Assembly (NCBI GenBank): GCA_040389905.1
Contig: JAZJZK010000014.1
Span: 192,001 to 256,000, forward strand
Direction of reading: 5' to 3'
From: Gemmatimonadota bacterium
Lineage (GTDB): Bacteria; Gemmatimonadota; Gemmatimonadetes; Gemmatimonadales; Gemmatimonadaceae
Length of the DNA: 64,000 nt
In this document: positions 9,109 to 18,237 of the stretch, piece by piece
Layout: every line of letters begins with the position of its first letter
How positions within the stretch are numbered: position 1 is the stretch's first letter
The notes under the pieces: generated by a model
Told to the model about the DNA's origin: nothing
Databases searched by the model: none
The model's input: the letters and a program-made list of their open reading frames with translations, nothing else
Made by a program: the position numbers and the translations under genes

Positions 9109-10425
9109 TCAGGAATCCGCGGCAATCACGGTATTGAGCAACACGTTCGCACCGTTGACGACGTCTTGCGGGCGCGTGAACTCCTTCGGCGAGTGACTGA
9201 TACCTCCGACACTTGGCACGAAGATCATGCCGATCGGCGCAACGTGGGCAATCTCTTGCGCGTCGTGTCCCGCGCCACTCGGCATGCGTTGCGACGTGAG
9301 CGCTAGCGACGACACACTGCTTTCGATCCACCGCATGATTCGCGTATCGCAGAGTGCCGGTTCGCTGTCGACCAGCCGCTTGAATGCGAATGTCGTCCCC
9401 GTGGCGGTCCCGATGTCACGGGCCAATGACTCGAACCGTTCGCTGAATCGCGCGAGCTTCGTGCGGTCGAGGTCGCGCAGGTCGACGGTCATCACCACCT
9501 GCCCCGGAATGACATTCGTCGTATTGGGCGACGGGATGACGCGACCCACCGTGGCCACCTGGCGGCCCGGCTCTCCGCGAATCGCATCGTTCACGGCAAC
9601 GGTGAACTTCGCCGCGGCAAGCATGGCATCCTGCCGGCGGTCCATCGGTGTCGTACCAGCGTGATTCGCGAAGCCGGTGATCGTGATCTCGAACCACCGC
9701 AAACCGACGATGCCTTCGACGATGCCGATCTGGCGGCCATCACGATCGAGAAACCCGCCCTGCTCGATGTGTAGCTCGAGGTAGCACGAGATATCCCCGC
9801 GCTTGAGTTCCGCCGATTGCAGCTTCCCAACGTCGCCACCTGCGATGCCGATCCCCTCACGAATGGTTTTCCCGGACCGCGCCACCTTGTCGAGATCCTC
9901 GCTGGTGAGCGCACCGATCGCGAGCTTGCTGCCGATCGTTCCGCCCTCCTCGTTCTGCCACACCACGACATCGACGGAATGACGGAGGCGCACCTGCTGC
10001 TCCCGCAGTGAACGAGCGACCTCGATGGCCGAGAACGACCCAACCGGCCCGTCGTAGTTGCCGCCGTCGGTGACGGAGTCGACGTGCGAACCGATGAGGA
10101 TCGGCGCGAGCCCGCGGTCGCTTCCCTCGACGCGACCATAGATGTTTCCGGCCGCGTCGATGCGCGGATTGAGCCCTGATTGCCGCATCGCATCGAGGGC
10201 GAACGCCCGCCCCGCGCGGTCGGCGTCCGAGTACGCGACGCGATTGACCCCACCACTCGTGCGTCCAATGGCGTCGAATGCCGAAAGCCAGCCGTTGAGC
10301 CGCGCTCCGTCTACTACGAGTGGCACGGCCACAGGGAAGATCGAGGCGCGAGGCCGCGCCTCGCGGTGGAGCGCAGGAACTGCGGCAAGCGCGGATGCGT
10401 GCGCTAGGAATTCGCGTCGATTCAT
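9109..10425 (-). CDS. M20 Zn amidohydrolase (allantoate/N-carbamoyl-L-amino acid hydrolase type) with Tat signal
   Basis: MNRREFLAHASALAA, GSHVDSV, GNYDG, NEEG, ELHIEQG, NHAGTTPM, SGAGHDA, SHSPKE. Confidence 0.9.
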   Translation of the reverse strand: MNRREFLAHASALAAVPALHREARPRASIFPVAVPLVVDGARLNGWLSAFDAIGRTSGGVNRVAYSDADRAGRAFALDAMRQSGLNPRIDAAGNIYGRVEGSDRGLAPILIGSHVDSVTDGGNYDGPVGSFSAIEVARSLREQQVRLRHSVDVVVWQNEEGGTIGSKLAIGALTSEDLDKVARSGKTIREGIGIAGGDVGKLQSAELKRGDISCYLELHIEQGGFLDRDGRQIGIVEGIVGLRWFEITITGFANHAGTTPMDRRQDAMLAAAKFTVAVNDAIRGEPGRQVATVGRVIPSPNTTNVIPGQVVMTVDLRDLDRTKLARFSERFESLARDIGTATGTTFAFKRLVDSEPALCDTRIMRWIESSVSSLALTSQRMPSGAGHDAQEIAHVAPIGMIFVPSVGGISHSPKEFTRPQDVVNGANVLLNTVIAADS

Positions 10426-10539
10426 GGGGAGGTGCTGGTCGCGAGTGGGTCGGGCGGCCGACGAGCCAACGTACGGTGCCCGCCAAACACTGTCCATCCG
10501 GACAGAACAGCGATCGACCTCAACAATAACTCGCGCCGT

Positions 10540-10555
10540 TCCCCACCGCGTGACG
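10540..10555 (-). promoter_or_regulatory. CGTCAC-N5-GGGGA motif, copy 1 (upstream of the M20 gene)
   Basis: The minus strand reads CGTCAC GCGGT GGGGA, matching the copies at 11056 and 12648. Confidence 0.5.
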
Positions 10556-10584
10556 GTATATGGCGCCCACGTGGTGCATCTTTG

Positions 10585-11022
10585 TCAGAAGGTCGGCGCA
10601 CGCCCGTGCGCTGAGGCCTTCACGAATTCTTCTGGGGAGTCGAGGAGCGACCGGACGAGGCGCCACGCGGCGATGCTTGCCTCTCCATGCGAACGAGCGA
10701 CGAGAAATACGTGGTGAGGCGTTCTCTCTACGGGAATGCTCCACACGGACGGCAGCGCCACGACCGACTCGTCATGCAGGCAGACGAGTTGGCATTGCGG
10801 CGCGACCAATTGGAGGCGAGAGAGCAGTGGCAGCGTCGGAATGCCGCTGCGATCGCGCGTGCCGACGACGATGACGCGTGGCGCGTGAAGTTTGGCGAAA
10901 TTCAGGCACGCGCGCCGCCCGGGGACGTGAACCGAATACCGAGACCACTCAGGTAGCGCCCGCAGTGCGGTAGCCCACTGCTTGCCTGCAGGCCCTAGAA
11001 GGACACTCTTGCCAACATTCAT
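10585..11022 (-). CDS. Hypothetical protein, degenerate receiver-like alpha/beta domain
   Basis: 145 aa from ATG 11022. Pattern SVLLG…HAPRVIVVG…TLPLLSRLQLVAPQCQLVCL resembles a REC fold lacking the phospho-Asp. Divergent from the TPR gene. Confidence 0.45.
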   Translation of the reverse strand: MNVGKSVLLGPAGKQWATALRALPEWSRYSVHVPGRRACLNFAKLHAPRVIVVGTRDRSGIPTLPLLSRLQLVAPQCQLVCLHDESVVALPSVWSIPVERTPHHVFLVARSHGEASIAAWRLVRSLLDSPEEFVKASAHGRAPTF

Positions 11023-11055
11023 TCCGAGAGTATTGTGGCTAACACGCGTGCGCGC

Positions 11056-11092
11056 CGTCACCGTACGGGGATATATGGAAGCTTTTTGGGGA
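11056..11092 (+). promoter_or_regulatory. CGTCAC-N5-GGGGA motif, copy 2, with a second GGGGA 21 bp downstream
   Basis: CGTCAC CGTAC GGGGA at 11056-11071 and GGGGA at 11088-11092, in an AT-rich divergent intergenic region. Confidence 0.55.
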
Positions 11093-11150
11093 AAAAACGA
11101 AATCAGGCCACGTCGAGCTCCCCGGTGACGCATCAGCACCAGTCGCAACG

Positions 11151-12365
11151 ATGATCGCCCCACTGTCCGCCCTGGATGCCTATCGGGGAGATCGCGCGTC
11201 GGCTGGCGTTGACGTCTTTACGCCCGTCGATGCCGAGTTGACACAGATTGCAGAGTTATTGACGCGCTGCACGCAGCTTCCAAGGAACGGGGCATCGGCG
11301 CGTGTCAACGCCGCGCTGCGTGCCGAATGTGCGCGCCTTGCCCAATCAGTGGCCGAAGCGCTGGACATTCGGTCGCCAGACCAAATCACGGACAGGACGC
11401 CGGCCGCAGTCGCTGCCGTCTTGCGAGCCGCAGCAAGTCTCCTGGAGGACACGGAGGCCCTGCGATTCGCGAATGCGCTCCTGTTCCTCGCCGATCGCGT
11501 GCTCGGTGCAGACGCAGGGGTGATCGAGCAGGGACGCATTCTCGCGCAGCGCGCACGCGTGGCGCGTAAGATTGGCGACCAAAAGGCATCGATGACGCTG
11601 TACGGTCTCGTGCGCGACATGGCCGAACGAGAGGCATCGCCGGAGCTGCACGCCCGCGCGCACGTCGGGTTCGCCGTGCTCGCCCGCGCCCGCGGCAACA
11701 TTCCCCTCATGACCGAGCACGCACGCGCGGCGTTGGAGTACGGCGTGCGCTCCCAGCTTCCCGAGCTGCTCGCGATGGGGCATCGTTCGATGATGCTTGC
11801 CTCCGCCGCGGTCGGCAAGCTCGATGACGCGGTCCTTCATGCGTGGGGGGAGTACAGTGTGTTTCGTGGAGATCCGGCGCGTGAGGTGAACGCACTCCTG
11901 ACCGTGGCGCAGGCCGTTCTCGATTACGGAGAGCCGGCGATCGCACTGCGTGCGTTCGCCGTGGTGCTCCGTCGGCCGCTCCCCAAGCGAGCCGAACTCC
12001 CATGCCTCGGAGGCGCGGCCGTCGCGGCGGCGAAAGTTGGCGAACGACGCCTCGTTGCGCGCATCGTCCGGCGTATCGATGACCTCACGGCCAGCACTGG
12101 TCATCCATTCGATTCCCTTTCGTCGCGTGCGGAAGCGGTGATGGCGCTGACCATTCTCCGCGACGCGACCGCGGAAGTGCGGCGGCAGGCAGTGCTTGAG
12201 GAAGCAGAGGCGGCGGGCTTCCATGAAATTGCCTACCGGATGGCGCACTTGACGCCGCCGAAAAAGGCAAGCAGCCCCGCGCCGCTCGCCTCCGTCGAGC
12301 TTCGCGAGGTACTCGCTGGGCTGGAGGAGGTGAGCAGCGGCATGGAATTGCAGACTGCGTTCTAG
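11151..12365 (+). CDS. All-helical TPR-like protein with no recognisable DNA-binding or catalytic domain
   Basis: Repeating ~38-40 aa helical pairs (GRILAQRARVARKIGD, ARAHVGFAVLARARGN, AMGHRSMMLASAAVGKLDDA, VNALLTVAQAVLDYGEPAIA). No signal peptide. Confidence 0.75.
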   Translation: MIAPLSALDAYRGDRASAGVDVFTPVDAELTQIAELLTRCTQLPRNGASARVNAALRAECARLAQSVAEALDIRSPDQITDRTPAAVAAVLRAAASLLEDTEALRFANALLFLADRVLGADAGVIEQGRILAQRARVARKIGDQKASMTLYGLVRDMAEREASPELHARAHVGFAVLARARGNIPLMTEHARAALEYGVRSQLPELLAMGHRSMMLASAAVGKLDDAVLHAWGEYSVFRGDPAREVNALLTVAQAVLDYGEPAIALRAFAVVLRRPLPKRAELPCLGGAAVAAAKVGERRLVARIVRRIDDLTASTGHPFDSLSSRAEAVMALTILRDATAEVRRQAVLEEAEAAGFHEIAYRMAHLTPPKKASSPAPLASVELREVLAGLEEVSSGMELQTAF

Positions 12366-12375
12366 TGCAAACCGA

Positions 12376-12573
12376 TCACTCGTCGCCTATGCACCGTCCA
12401 TTCGGGTTCTGGTATCCGCTCTTGCAGAGCGGATTCGGAATGCTGTCGCCTTCATCACGTGTCGAAGGCACCGGCTTCAATTGGCGAGGGGCGACAGAAT
12501 CGGACGCGCTACAGGCAGCAACCGTAGCGATGGCGCTGAGAACGACGATCAATCGAAGGCGGGCAGCCGACAT
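12376..12573 (-). CDS. Small lipoprotein/peptide precursor (65 aa) with C-terminal C-x10-C motif
   Basis: RBS GGAG 6 nt before ATG. Basic n-region, hydrophobic h-region and lipobox VAA-C21, then a Pro/Ser-rich linker and C50-KSGYQNPNGR-C61. Confidence 0.8.
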   Translation of the reverse strand: MSAARLRLIVVLSAIATVAACSASDSVAPRQLKPVPSTRDEGDSIPNPLCKSGYQNPNGRCIGDE

Positions 12574-12627
12574 CGGAAGCTCCAGATAAAGGGAGATTCA
12601 GATGTGCGTTGCTTTGGCTCTTCAGCC

Positions 12628-12663
12628 CGTCATCGTCTGGGGTAGGGCGTCACGCTACGGGGA
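12628..12663 (+). promoter_or_regulatory. Tandem CGTCAY-N5-GGGG motifs (copies 3 and 4, 20 bp period) between the peptide and AraC genes
   Basis: CGTCAT CGTCT GGGG at 12628-12642 and CGTCAC GCTAC GGGGA at 12648-12663. Confidence 0.6.
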
Positions 12664-12690
12664 ACGACGCGAATTCGTGCTCGCAATTCC

Positions 12691-13476
12691 ATGAGCGAAT
12701 TCCGCCGCGTGGTGCTCGCGCTCGTGCTTGGTCGCATCGCTCAGGCGCGACTCAGATCGGCACTGACTGCCTCTGATGAGATCCGCTTCTTCGAGACGGT
12801 TGCCGATGTGCGCGAGGCGCTTGCGGACTCCGCACACGCATTGATGGTGCTCATGGAGGCGAAGGATGTCTCCGGCGACCCAACCGCTCCGCTGTTCCGT
12901 TTCCTGACCGACCACGCCCCCGCGATCGTCACGATCGGCTTCTTGCCGCACGCGTCGCCGTCGGCGGGAATTCGCGACCTGGTGAACAGCGGCGTCAACG
13001 CGCTGATTCAGGAAGGCGTCGATGACTTTGGGATGGCACTTCGTGCCGCCTATGACGGTGGAATCGAGGCCTGTGCCGCGCGAGCGGTTCGGCGCGCGCT
13101 CGATCCCATCGTCGCCGGCGAGCCTCGCGTTCTTGTCGACTATTGCCTCCAGTACCCTCGCGAGGATCTCTCCATCGCCGGCCTGGCGCGGGCGCTCGGC
13201 TGCGATCGAAAGACGCTGTGGAACACGACGGCGCGAATGGGCCTACCCGCACCGAGTGACCTCGTTATCTGGTCGAGACTCTTTCTTGCCGCGGCGATCC
13301 TCGAGAGCACCGGCTATACCGTCGAGAAAGTGGCGCTCCAACTCAGCTTTGCGTCGCCGTCCGCATTTCGCAACGCGTGCCGCCGGCATGCGAAACAAAA
13401 GCCGGCGGAGTGGCGACGGCCTGGTGGTCTCGCGCAGTGTATCTCGGCGTTCGTGGATCACAGAACGTCGAAGTAG
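12691..13476 (+). CDS. AraC-family regulator with receiver-like N-terminal domain
   Basis: C-terminal double HTH: LSIAGLARALGCDRKTL…RLFLAAAILESTGYTVEKVALQLSFASPSAFRNACRR. The N-terminus has a REC-like beta/alpha pattern. Confidence 0.88.
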   Translation: MSEFRRVVLALVLGRIAQARLRSALTASDEIRFFETVADVREALADSAHALMVLMEAKDVSGDPTAPLFRFLTDHAPAIVTIGFLPHASPSAGIRDLVNSGVNALIQEGVDDFGMALRAAYDGGIEACAARAVRRALDPIVAGEPRVLVDYCLQYPREDLSIAGLARALGCDRKTLWNTTARMGLPAPSDLVIWSRLFLAAAILESTGYTVEKVALQLSFASPSAFRNACRRHAKQKPAEWRRPGGLAQCISAFVDHRTSK

Positions 13477-13575
13477 ATGCTCTTGCTGTGGCTTGGCTGA
13501 GCAGGCGTCCTGCGAGGAAGAGAGTAGTTTCTCATCTTACCCGCACCTTCAGTTTCTCGATAACAGGGGAATTCC

Positions 13576-16419
13576 ATGTACGCCAGATGCACCACGCACG
13601 TGGCACTCGTCGCACTGCTCGCGGCCCCACTCCTCGCGCAGAAGACCGAGACTCTCATGCTCTCGGGCGCGGACAAGGACCATACTGTTCCCTGGGAATT
13701 CCGGATCAGTGGAGGCATGAACGCCGGACGCTGGACCACGATCCCCGTCCCATCGAACTGGGAGTTGCAGGGATTCGGGACGTATGGCTACCAACGCGAC
13801 CCTGAGTCCCCGGACCGCGGGGAATACCGGCATCACTTTCAAGTGCCGGCGACATGGCGTGGGAAAGCAGTGCGACTGGTCTTCGAGGGAGCGATGACCG
13901 ACGCATCGGTCAAGGTGAATGGCACATCCGCGGGCCCCACGCATCAGGGCGGACACTATCGGTTCAGTTATGATGTCAGCGCGCTGCTCAAGTATGGTGA
14001 AGACAACGTGCTGGAAGCCGCGGTCGATGAGCACTCCGCAGATGAATCCGTGAACCGCGCCGAACGTGGCGGCGACTTCTGGCTCTTCGGGGGAATCTTT
14101 CGTCCCGTGTATCTCGAAGCGATGCCGGAGCGGCACATCGCTCGCACGGCGATCGATGCGCGTGCCGATGGCTCATTACGCGTCGATGCCTTTGTCGCGT
14201 CGCGCGCTGGCGTGCCGTCGGGCACGCAGGTCACCGCGCAAGTCGTGACGCTCGACGGCCATCCGTTCGGCGCGCCGTTTTCCGCCGTCGTCGCGGGCAA
14301 CGACACGGTGGCGACATTGCGAACCAAGCTATCAGGCGCGCGACTCTGGACGCCCGAGACACCGAACCGCTATCGCGTGCGTATTTCGCTCCCGGGTGCC
14401 CAGGGGCACACGGTCACGGAGACATTCGGATTCCGCACCGTCGAAGTGCGTCCGCAGGACGGCATTTACGTCAACGGCGCAAAGGTGCGGCTCAAGGGAG
14501 TCAATCGGCACACCTTCTGGCCCGAGGCCGGCCGCGCGAGTAGTCGCGCCATCAGTGAGCTCGACGTCAATCTGATGAAGGACATGAACATGAACGCGGT
14601 GCGCATGTCCCACTATCCGCCCGATGTGCACTTCCTCGATGTCGCCGACTCGCTCGGCCTCTTCGTGCTCGACGAGCTCACGGGCTGGCAGCGCGCCTAC
14701 GACACGCCCGTCGGCCGAAAGCTCGTCAGGGAAACAGTCACCCGCGACGTGAACCATCCCTCCATCATCTTCTGGGACAACGGAAATGAGGGCGGCTGGA
14801 ACTTCGACCTCGATGCGGATTTCGCGAAGTGGGATCCGCAGGGCCGAGCGGTGCTCCATCCGTGGACGTTGCATGGGGGTGTCGAGACGGCACACTATCG
14901 GCCGCTCGCATGCTGCGCCGGACGCGTGTTCCAGGGGCGCGATATCGTGATGCCCACCGAATTGCAACACGGTCTCTATGACGGCGGCCATGGGGCGGGG
15001 CTGGCCGATTACTGGGCGGCGATGCTCGCCAATCCACGTGGTGCCGGCATGTTCCTCTGGGACCTCGTGGACCAAGGGGTCAAGAGAACCGACCTGTCGA
15101 GGGACACGCTCGACGCCGCGGGCAATCGAGGTGCCGATGGCATTGTTGGACCACACCGTGAGAAGGAAGCGAGCTTCTTCGCGATCAAGAAGATCTGGTC
15201 GCCCGTTCACCTCGAGCTTGGCGACGTCGAAACGTTATCGCCCACGTTCGACGGGCGCTTCGTCGTGGAGAACCGGTACGACTTCGCGAACCTGAGCGGT
15301 GTCCGCTTCACCTGGCAGCTCGTTCGCTTTCCAACGTCGGCGAGCAAGCAGAGTGGTCACACCGTCGTCGCGCGCGGTACCGCGGCCTCACCGAACGTCG
15401 CCGCCGGCATGCGCGGCGTCGTGGCGCTGTCGATGCCGCGCGATCGCTCGAGTGCGGACGCCCTGTATCTCACCGCAACCGATGCACACGGGCGCGAGAT
15501 CTATACGTGGACGTGGATGCTTGCGGCTCCGCGCGCCATGGCGGAACGAGTGACGTCGACCGCGCCGTCGCAGCGTGTCGTGACGGCGACGGAAACGAGC
15601 GACAGGCTCTCCCTCGTCAGCGGCGATGCCCGCGTCGACTTCGACCGCGCAACCGGGCGCCTCACGCGCCTGCAGCGCGGCGCGGAGATCGTGCCGTTGA
15701 CCAACGGCCCGCGGATCGTCGGCGGAGTGGACGGCAAGCTCACGGCGCTCACGCATCGTGCGGACGGCGCGGATCACATCGTCGAGGCGACATACGAAGG
15801 TGGTCTGCGAACGGTGCGTTGGCGTATGCGTCCGGACGGTTGGCTGCGGCTCGACTATCAGTACGACGTGAATGGCGACGTCGACGCCGCCGGTGTGACC
15901 TTCGACTTCCCGGAGGCGAGCGTCACGGGTCTTCGCTGGCTGGGCAAGGGGCCGTACCGCGTCTGGAAGAATCGCGCGGAAGGTCAGGAATACGACGTTT
16001 GGCACAAGGCATACAACGACGCCGTGACCGGTGTCGTTTGGCAATATCCCGAGTTCAAGGGCTTTCACGGCGGTATCCACTGGGCCGTGTTGGAGACTCG
16101 CTCGGCACCGCTCACAATCGCAACGCCCGAGACAGACATGTTCCTGCGCGTGTTTACGCCTCGCCAGCCTCCTGCTGCGGATCAGGGACGAGTCGGTGGC
16201 ACGGGTGCACCGTTGAATACGTCACCGGAATTCCCCGCCGGCGACATCTCATTCCTTCATGCAATTCCCGCCATCGGCAACAAATTCATGCCGGCCGAGC
16301 GAGTGTCGCCTGCGGGGCGGAAGAACATGGTACAGCGGAATGCGCGTGGCTCGGATGTGCCGGACTATTCCGCAACGGTGTGGATCTATTCCGGCGATCC
16401 GAAGACTCTTACGCCATGA
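13576..16419 (+). CDS. Secreted GH2 beta-galactosidase-like glycoside hydrolase
   Basis: Signal peptide, VPSNWE, GGIFRPV, GFRTVE, LKGVNRH, NAVRMSHYP, NHPSIIFWDNGNE, PTE. Confidence 0.92.
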   Translation: MYARCTTHVALVALLAAPLLAQKTETLMLSGADKDHTVPWEFRISGGMNAGRWTTIPVPSNWELQGFGTYGYQRDPESPDRGEYRHHFQVPATWRGKAVRLVFEGAMTDASVKVNGTSAGPTHQGGHYRFSYDVSALLKYGEDNVLEAAVDEHSADESVNRAERGGDFWLFGGIFRPVYLEAMPERHIARTAIDARADGSLRVDAFVASRAGVPSGTQVTAQVVTLDGHPFGAPFSAVVAGNDTVATLRTKLSGARLWTPETPNRYRVRISLPGAQGHTVTETFGFRTVEVRPQDGIYVNGAKVRLKGVNRHTFWPEAGRASSRAISELDVNLMKDMNMNAVRMSHYPPDVHFLDVADSLGLFVLDELTGWQRAYDTPVGRKLVRETVTRDVNHPSIIFWDNGNEGGWNFDLDADFAKWDPQGRAVLHPWTLHGGVETAHYRPLACCAGRVFQGRDIVMPTELQHGLYDGGHGAGLADYWAAMLANPRGAGMFLWDLVDQGVKRTDLSRDTLDAAGNRGADGIVGPHREKEASFFAIKKIWSPVHLELGDVETLSPTFDGRFVVENRYDFANLSGVRFTWQLVRFPTSASKQSGHTVVARGTAASPNVAAGMRGVVALSMPRDRSSADALYLTATDAHGREIYTWTWMLAAPRAMAERVTSTAPSQRVVTATETSDRLSLVSGDARVDFDRATGRLTRLQRGAEIVPLTNGPRIVGGVDGKLTALTHRADGADHIVEATYEGGLRTVRWRMRPDGWLRLDYQYDVNGDVDAAGVTFDFPEASVTGLRWLGKGPYRVWKNRAEGQEYDVWHKAYNDAVTGVVWQYPEFKGFHGGIHWAVLETRSAPLTIATPETDMFLRVFTPRQPPAADQGRVGGTGAPLNTSPEFPAGDISFLHAIPAIGNKFMPAERVSPAGRKNMVQRNARGSDVPDYSATVWIYSGDPKTLTP

Positions 16420-16434
16420 TCGGGCTCGTGACCA

Positions 16435-17253
16435 TTGAGTGATCCACTGCGCCTCGCGGGGCGAACGGCCGTCGTCACCGGCGCCGCGAGCGGCATCGGG
16501 CGTGCGCTGGCAGCGTCTCTGGCCCACCGCGGGTGCAACCTTGCGCTCGCCGATGTGGACGAGAGCGGACTGACCGAGACGGCAGTCCTGGTCGGTGCGG
16601 CCGGCGTGCGCGTGAGCATGCATCGGCTCGATGTTGCCGATCGCGACGCAGTCGCGGCGTTTCCGGAAACCGTGACTTCTTTGCACGCGGGCGTCGACCT
16701 CCTCGTGAACAACGCCGGAGTCGCTGTCGGGGGAAAGTTCGAGCAAGTCTGCGAGGCGAACTTCGACTGGCTGTTCGATATCAATTTCCACGGCGTCGTG
16801 CGCATGACGCGCGCATTCCTTCCGCTCCTTCGCGCGAGCGACGATGCGCGCCTCGTGAATATGTCCAGTGTCTTCGGGCTCATCGCACCGGCCGGGCAAG
16901 TGGCGTACGCCGCAAGCAAGTTCGCCGTGCGCGGCTTCAGCGAGGGGCTGCGTCATGAATTGGAGGGATCGACCGTGGGAGTCACGGTCGTGCATCCGGG
17001 CGGCGTGGCGACGTCCATCGCAGACAACGCACGGCCTTTGGAATCGTGGTCGCAAGAGGAGCGGACTCGGCGCCTCTCCAACGCACGGAAGCACCTGCGT
17101 CTCCCGCCAGCCCGTGCCGCCGAGATCATTGTGCGAGGCATCGAACGACGAAAGGAGCGCGTGCTCGTCGGCGTCGACGCGGTGCTGCTTTCCTTGACCG
17201 CTCGCCTCGCGCCCGTTTCGTACTGGAAGCTGCTCTCACCGTTGATACGTTGA
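16435..17253 (+). CDS. SDR family oxidoreductase
   Basis: TGAASGIG, NNAG, YAASK. Confidence 0.93.
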   Translation: MSDPLRLAGRTAVVTGAASGIGRALAASLAHRGCNLALADVDESGLTETAVLVGAAGVRVSMHRLDVADRDAVAAFPETVTSLHAGVDLLVNNAGVAVGGKFEQVCEANFDWLFDINFHGVVRMTRAFLPLLRASDDARLVNMSSVFGLIAPAGQVAYAASKFAVRGFSEGLRHELEGSTVGVTVVHPGGVATSIADNARPLESWSQEERTRRLSNARKHLRLPPARAAEIIVRGIERRKERVLVGVDAVLLSLTARLAPVSYWKLLSPLIR

Positions 17254-18218
17254 TGAGCATGTCCATCGCGCTGGTGACGACGCTCGGCGCCGCGGCACTC
17301 GTGCTGATCGCGCTCGTGCTGTTCACCGCGAACACAGCCCGTCGCGTCGAGGCCGCGCTGCCTGCCGAGGGAACGTTCGTGGACGTGGACGGCGCGCGGA
17401 TCCACTATCTCGAGCGCGGCGAGGGACCTCGAACCCTGCTCATGATCCACGGACTCGGCGGGCATGCGCGACACTTTACGTACGCGTTGGTCGATCGGCT
17501 CGCCGGCGAGTTTCACGTCGTCGTGTTGGAACGGCCGGGCTCTGGATACTCGTTGCGGATGCGGGGGGCGTCCGCGGGACCACTCGCGCAGGCGCGGACA
17601 GTCGCTGCCTTCATCCGAAAACTCGGCCTGAAGCGACCAATACTCGTGGGACATTCGCTCGGCGGAGCCATCGCACTGGCAACGGCGCTCGAGGCTCCTG
17701 ATGCTGTGGGCGGATTGGCGCTCATCGCACCGCTGACCGCGATCCAGGACGACATTCCCAAAGTATTCGCGGGTCTCAAGCTCAAGAGTCGCCTCGTTCG
17801 AATGATCATTGCGTGGACGATCGCCGCACCCATCGCGATACTGCGCCGGCGGGAGACGCTCGATGCGATCTTTGGCCCGGACACGCCGCCACGTGATTTC
17901 GCGACGGTCGGGGGCGGCCTTCTATCGCTGCGGCCGAGCGCGTTCGTTACGGCATCCACCGACCTCATGGCAATTCGCGATGACTTGCCTGGGCTGGTGG
18001 AGCGCTGCGGTACGTTGCGCGTCCCTGTTGGCATTTTGTACGGCACTGGTGATCGCGTTCTCGATCATCGTGTGCACGGCGAGGGGATTGCCGCGCGCAT
18101 CCCGCGGCTTCGGCTCCAACTTGTTCCAGGCGGGCATATGCTGCCCCTCACCGCACCTGATTGCGTCGCCGGCTTCGTTCGCGAGATCGCCTCGAGTGCG
18201 ATCAGCGCGCCGGCGTAG
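17253..18218 (+). CDS. Alpha/beta hydrolase with N-terminal membrane anchor
   Basis: ATG overlaps the SDR stop. IHGLGG, GHSLGG nucleophile elbow, GGHMLP. Confidence 0.9.
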   Translation: MSMSIALVTTLGAAALVLIALVLFTANTARRVEAALPAEGTFVDVDGARIHYLERGEGPRTLLMIHGLGGHARHFTYALVDRLAGEFHVVVLERPGSGYSLRMRGASAGPLAQARTVAAFIRKLGLKRPILVGHSLGGAIALATALEAPDAVGGLALIAPLTAIQDDIPKVFAGLKLKSRLVRMIIAWTIAAPIAILRRRETLDAIFGPDTPPRDFATVGGGLLSLRPSAFVTASTDLMAIRDDLPGLVERCGTLRVPVGILYGTGDRVLDHRVHGEGIAARIPRLRLQLVPGGHMLPLTAPDCVAGFVREIASSAISAPA

Positions 18219-18237
18219 ACGTCGTCGCGCGCAAGGC

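Noticed and set aside
8796..9137. ORFs with QLQR/LQLS repeats
   Set aside because: They are translations of the hexamer tract and palindromic element, with no RBS or protein-like composition.
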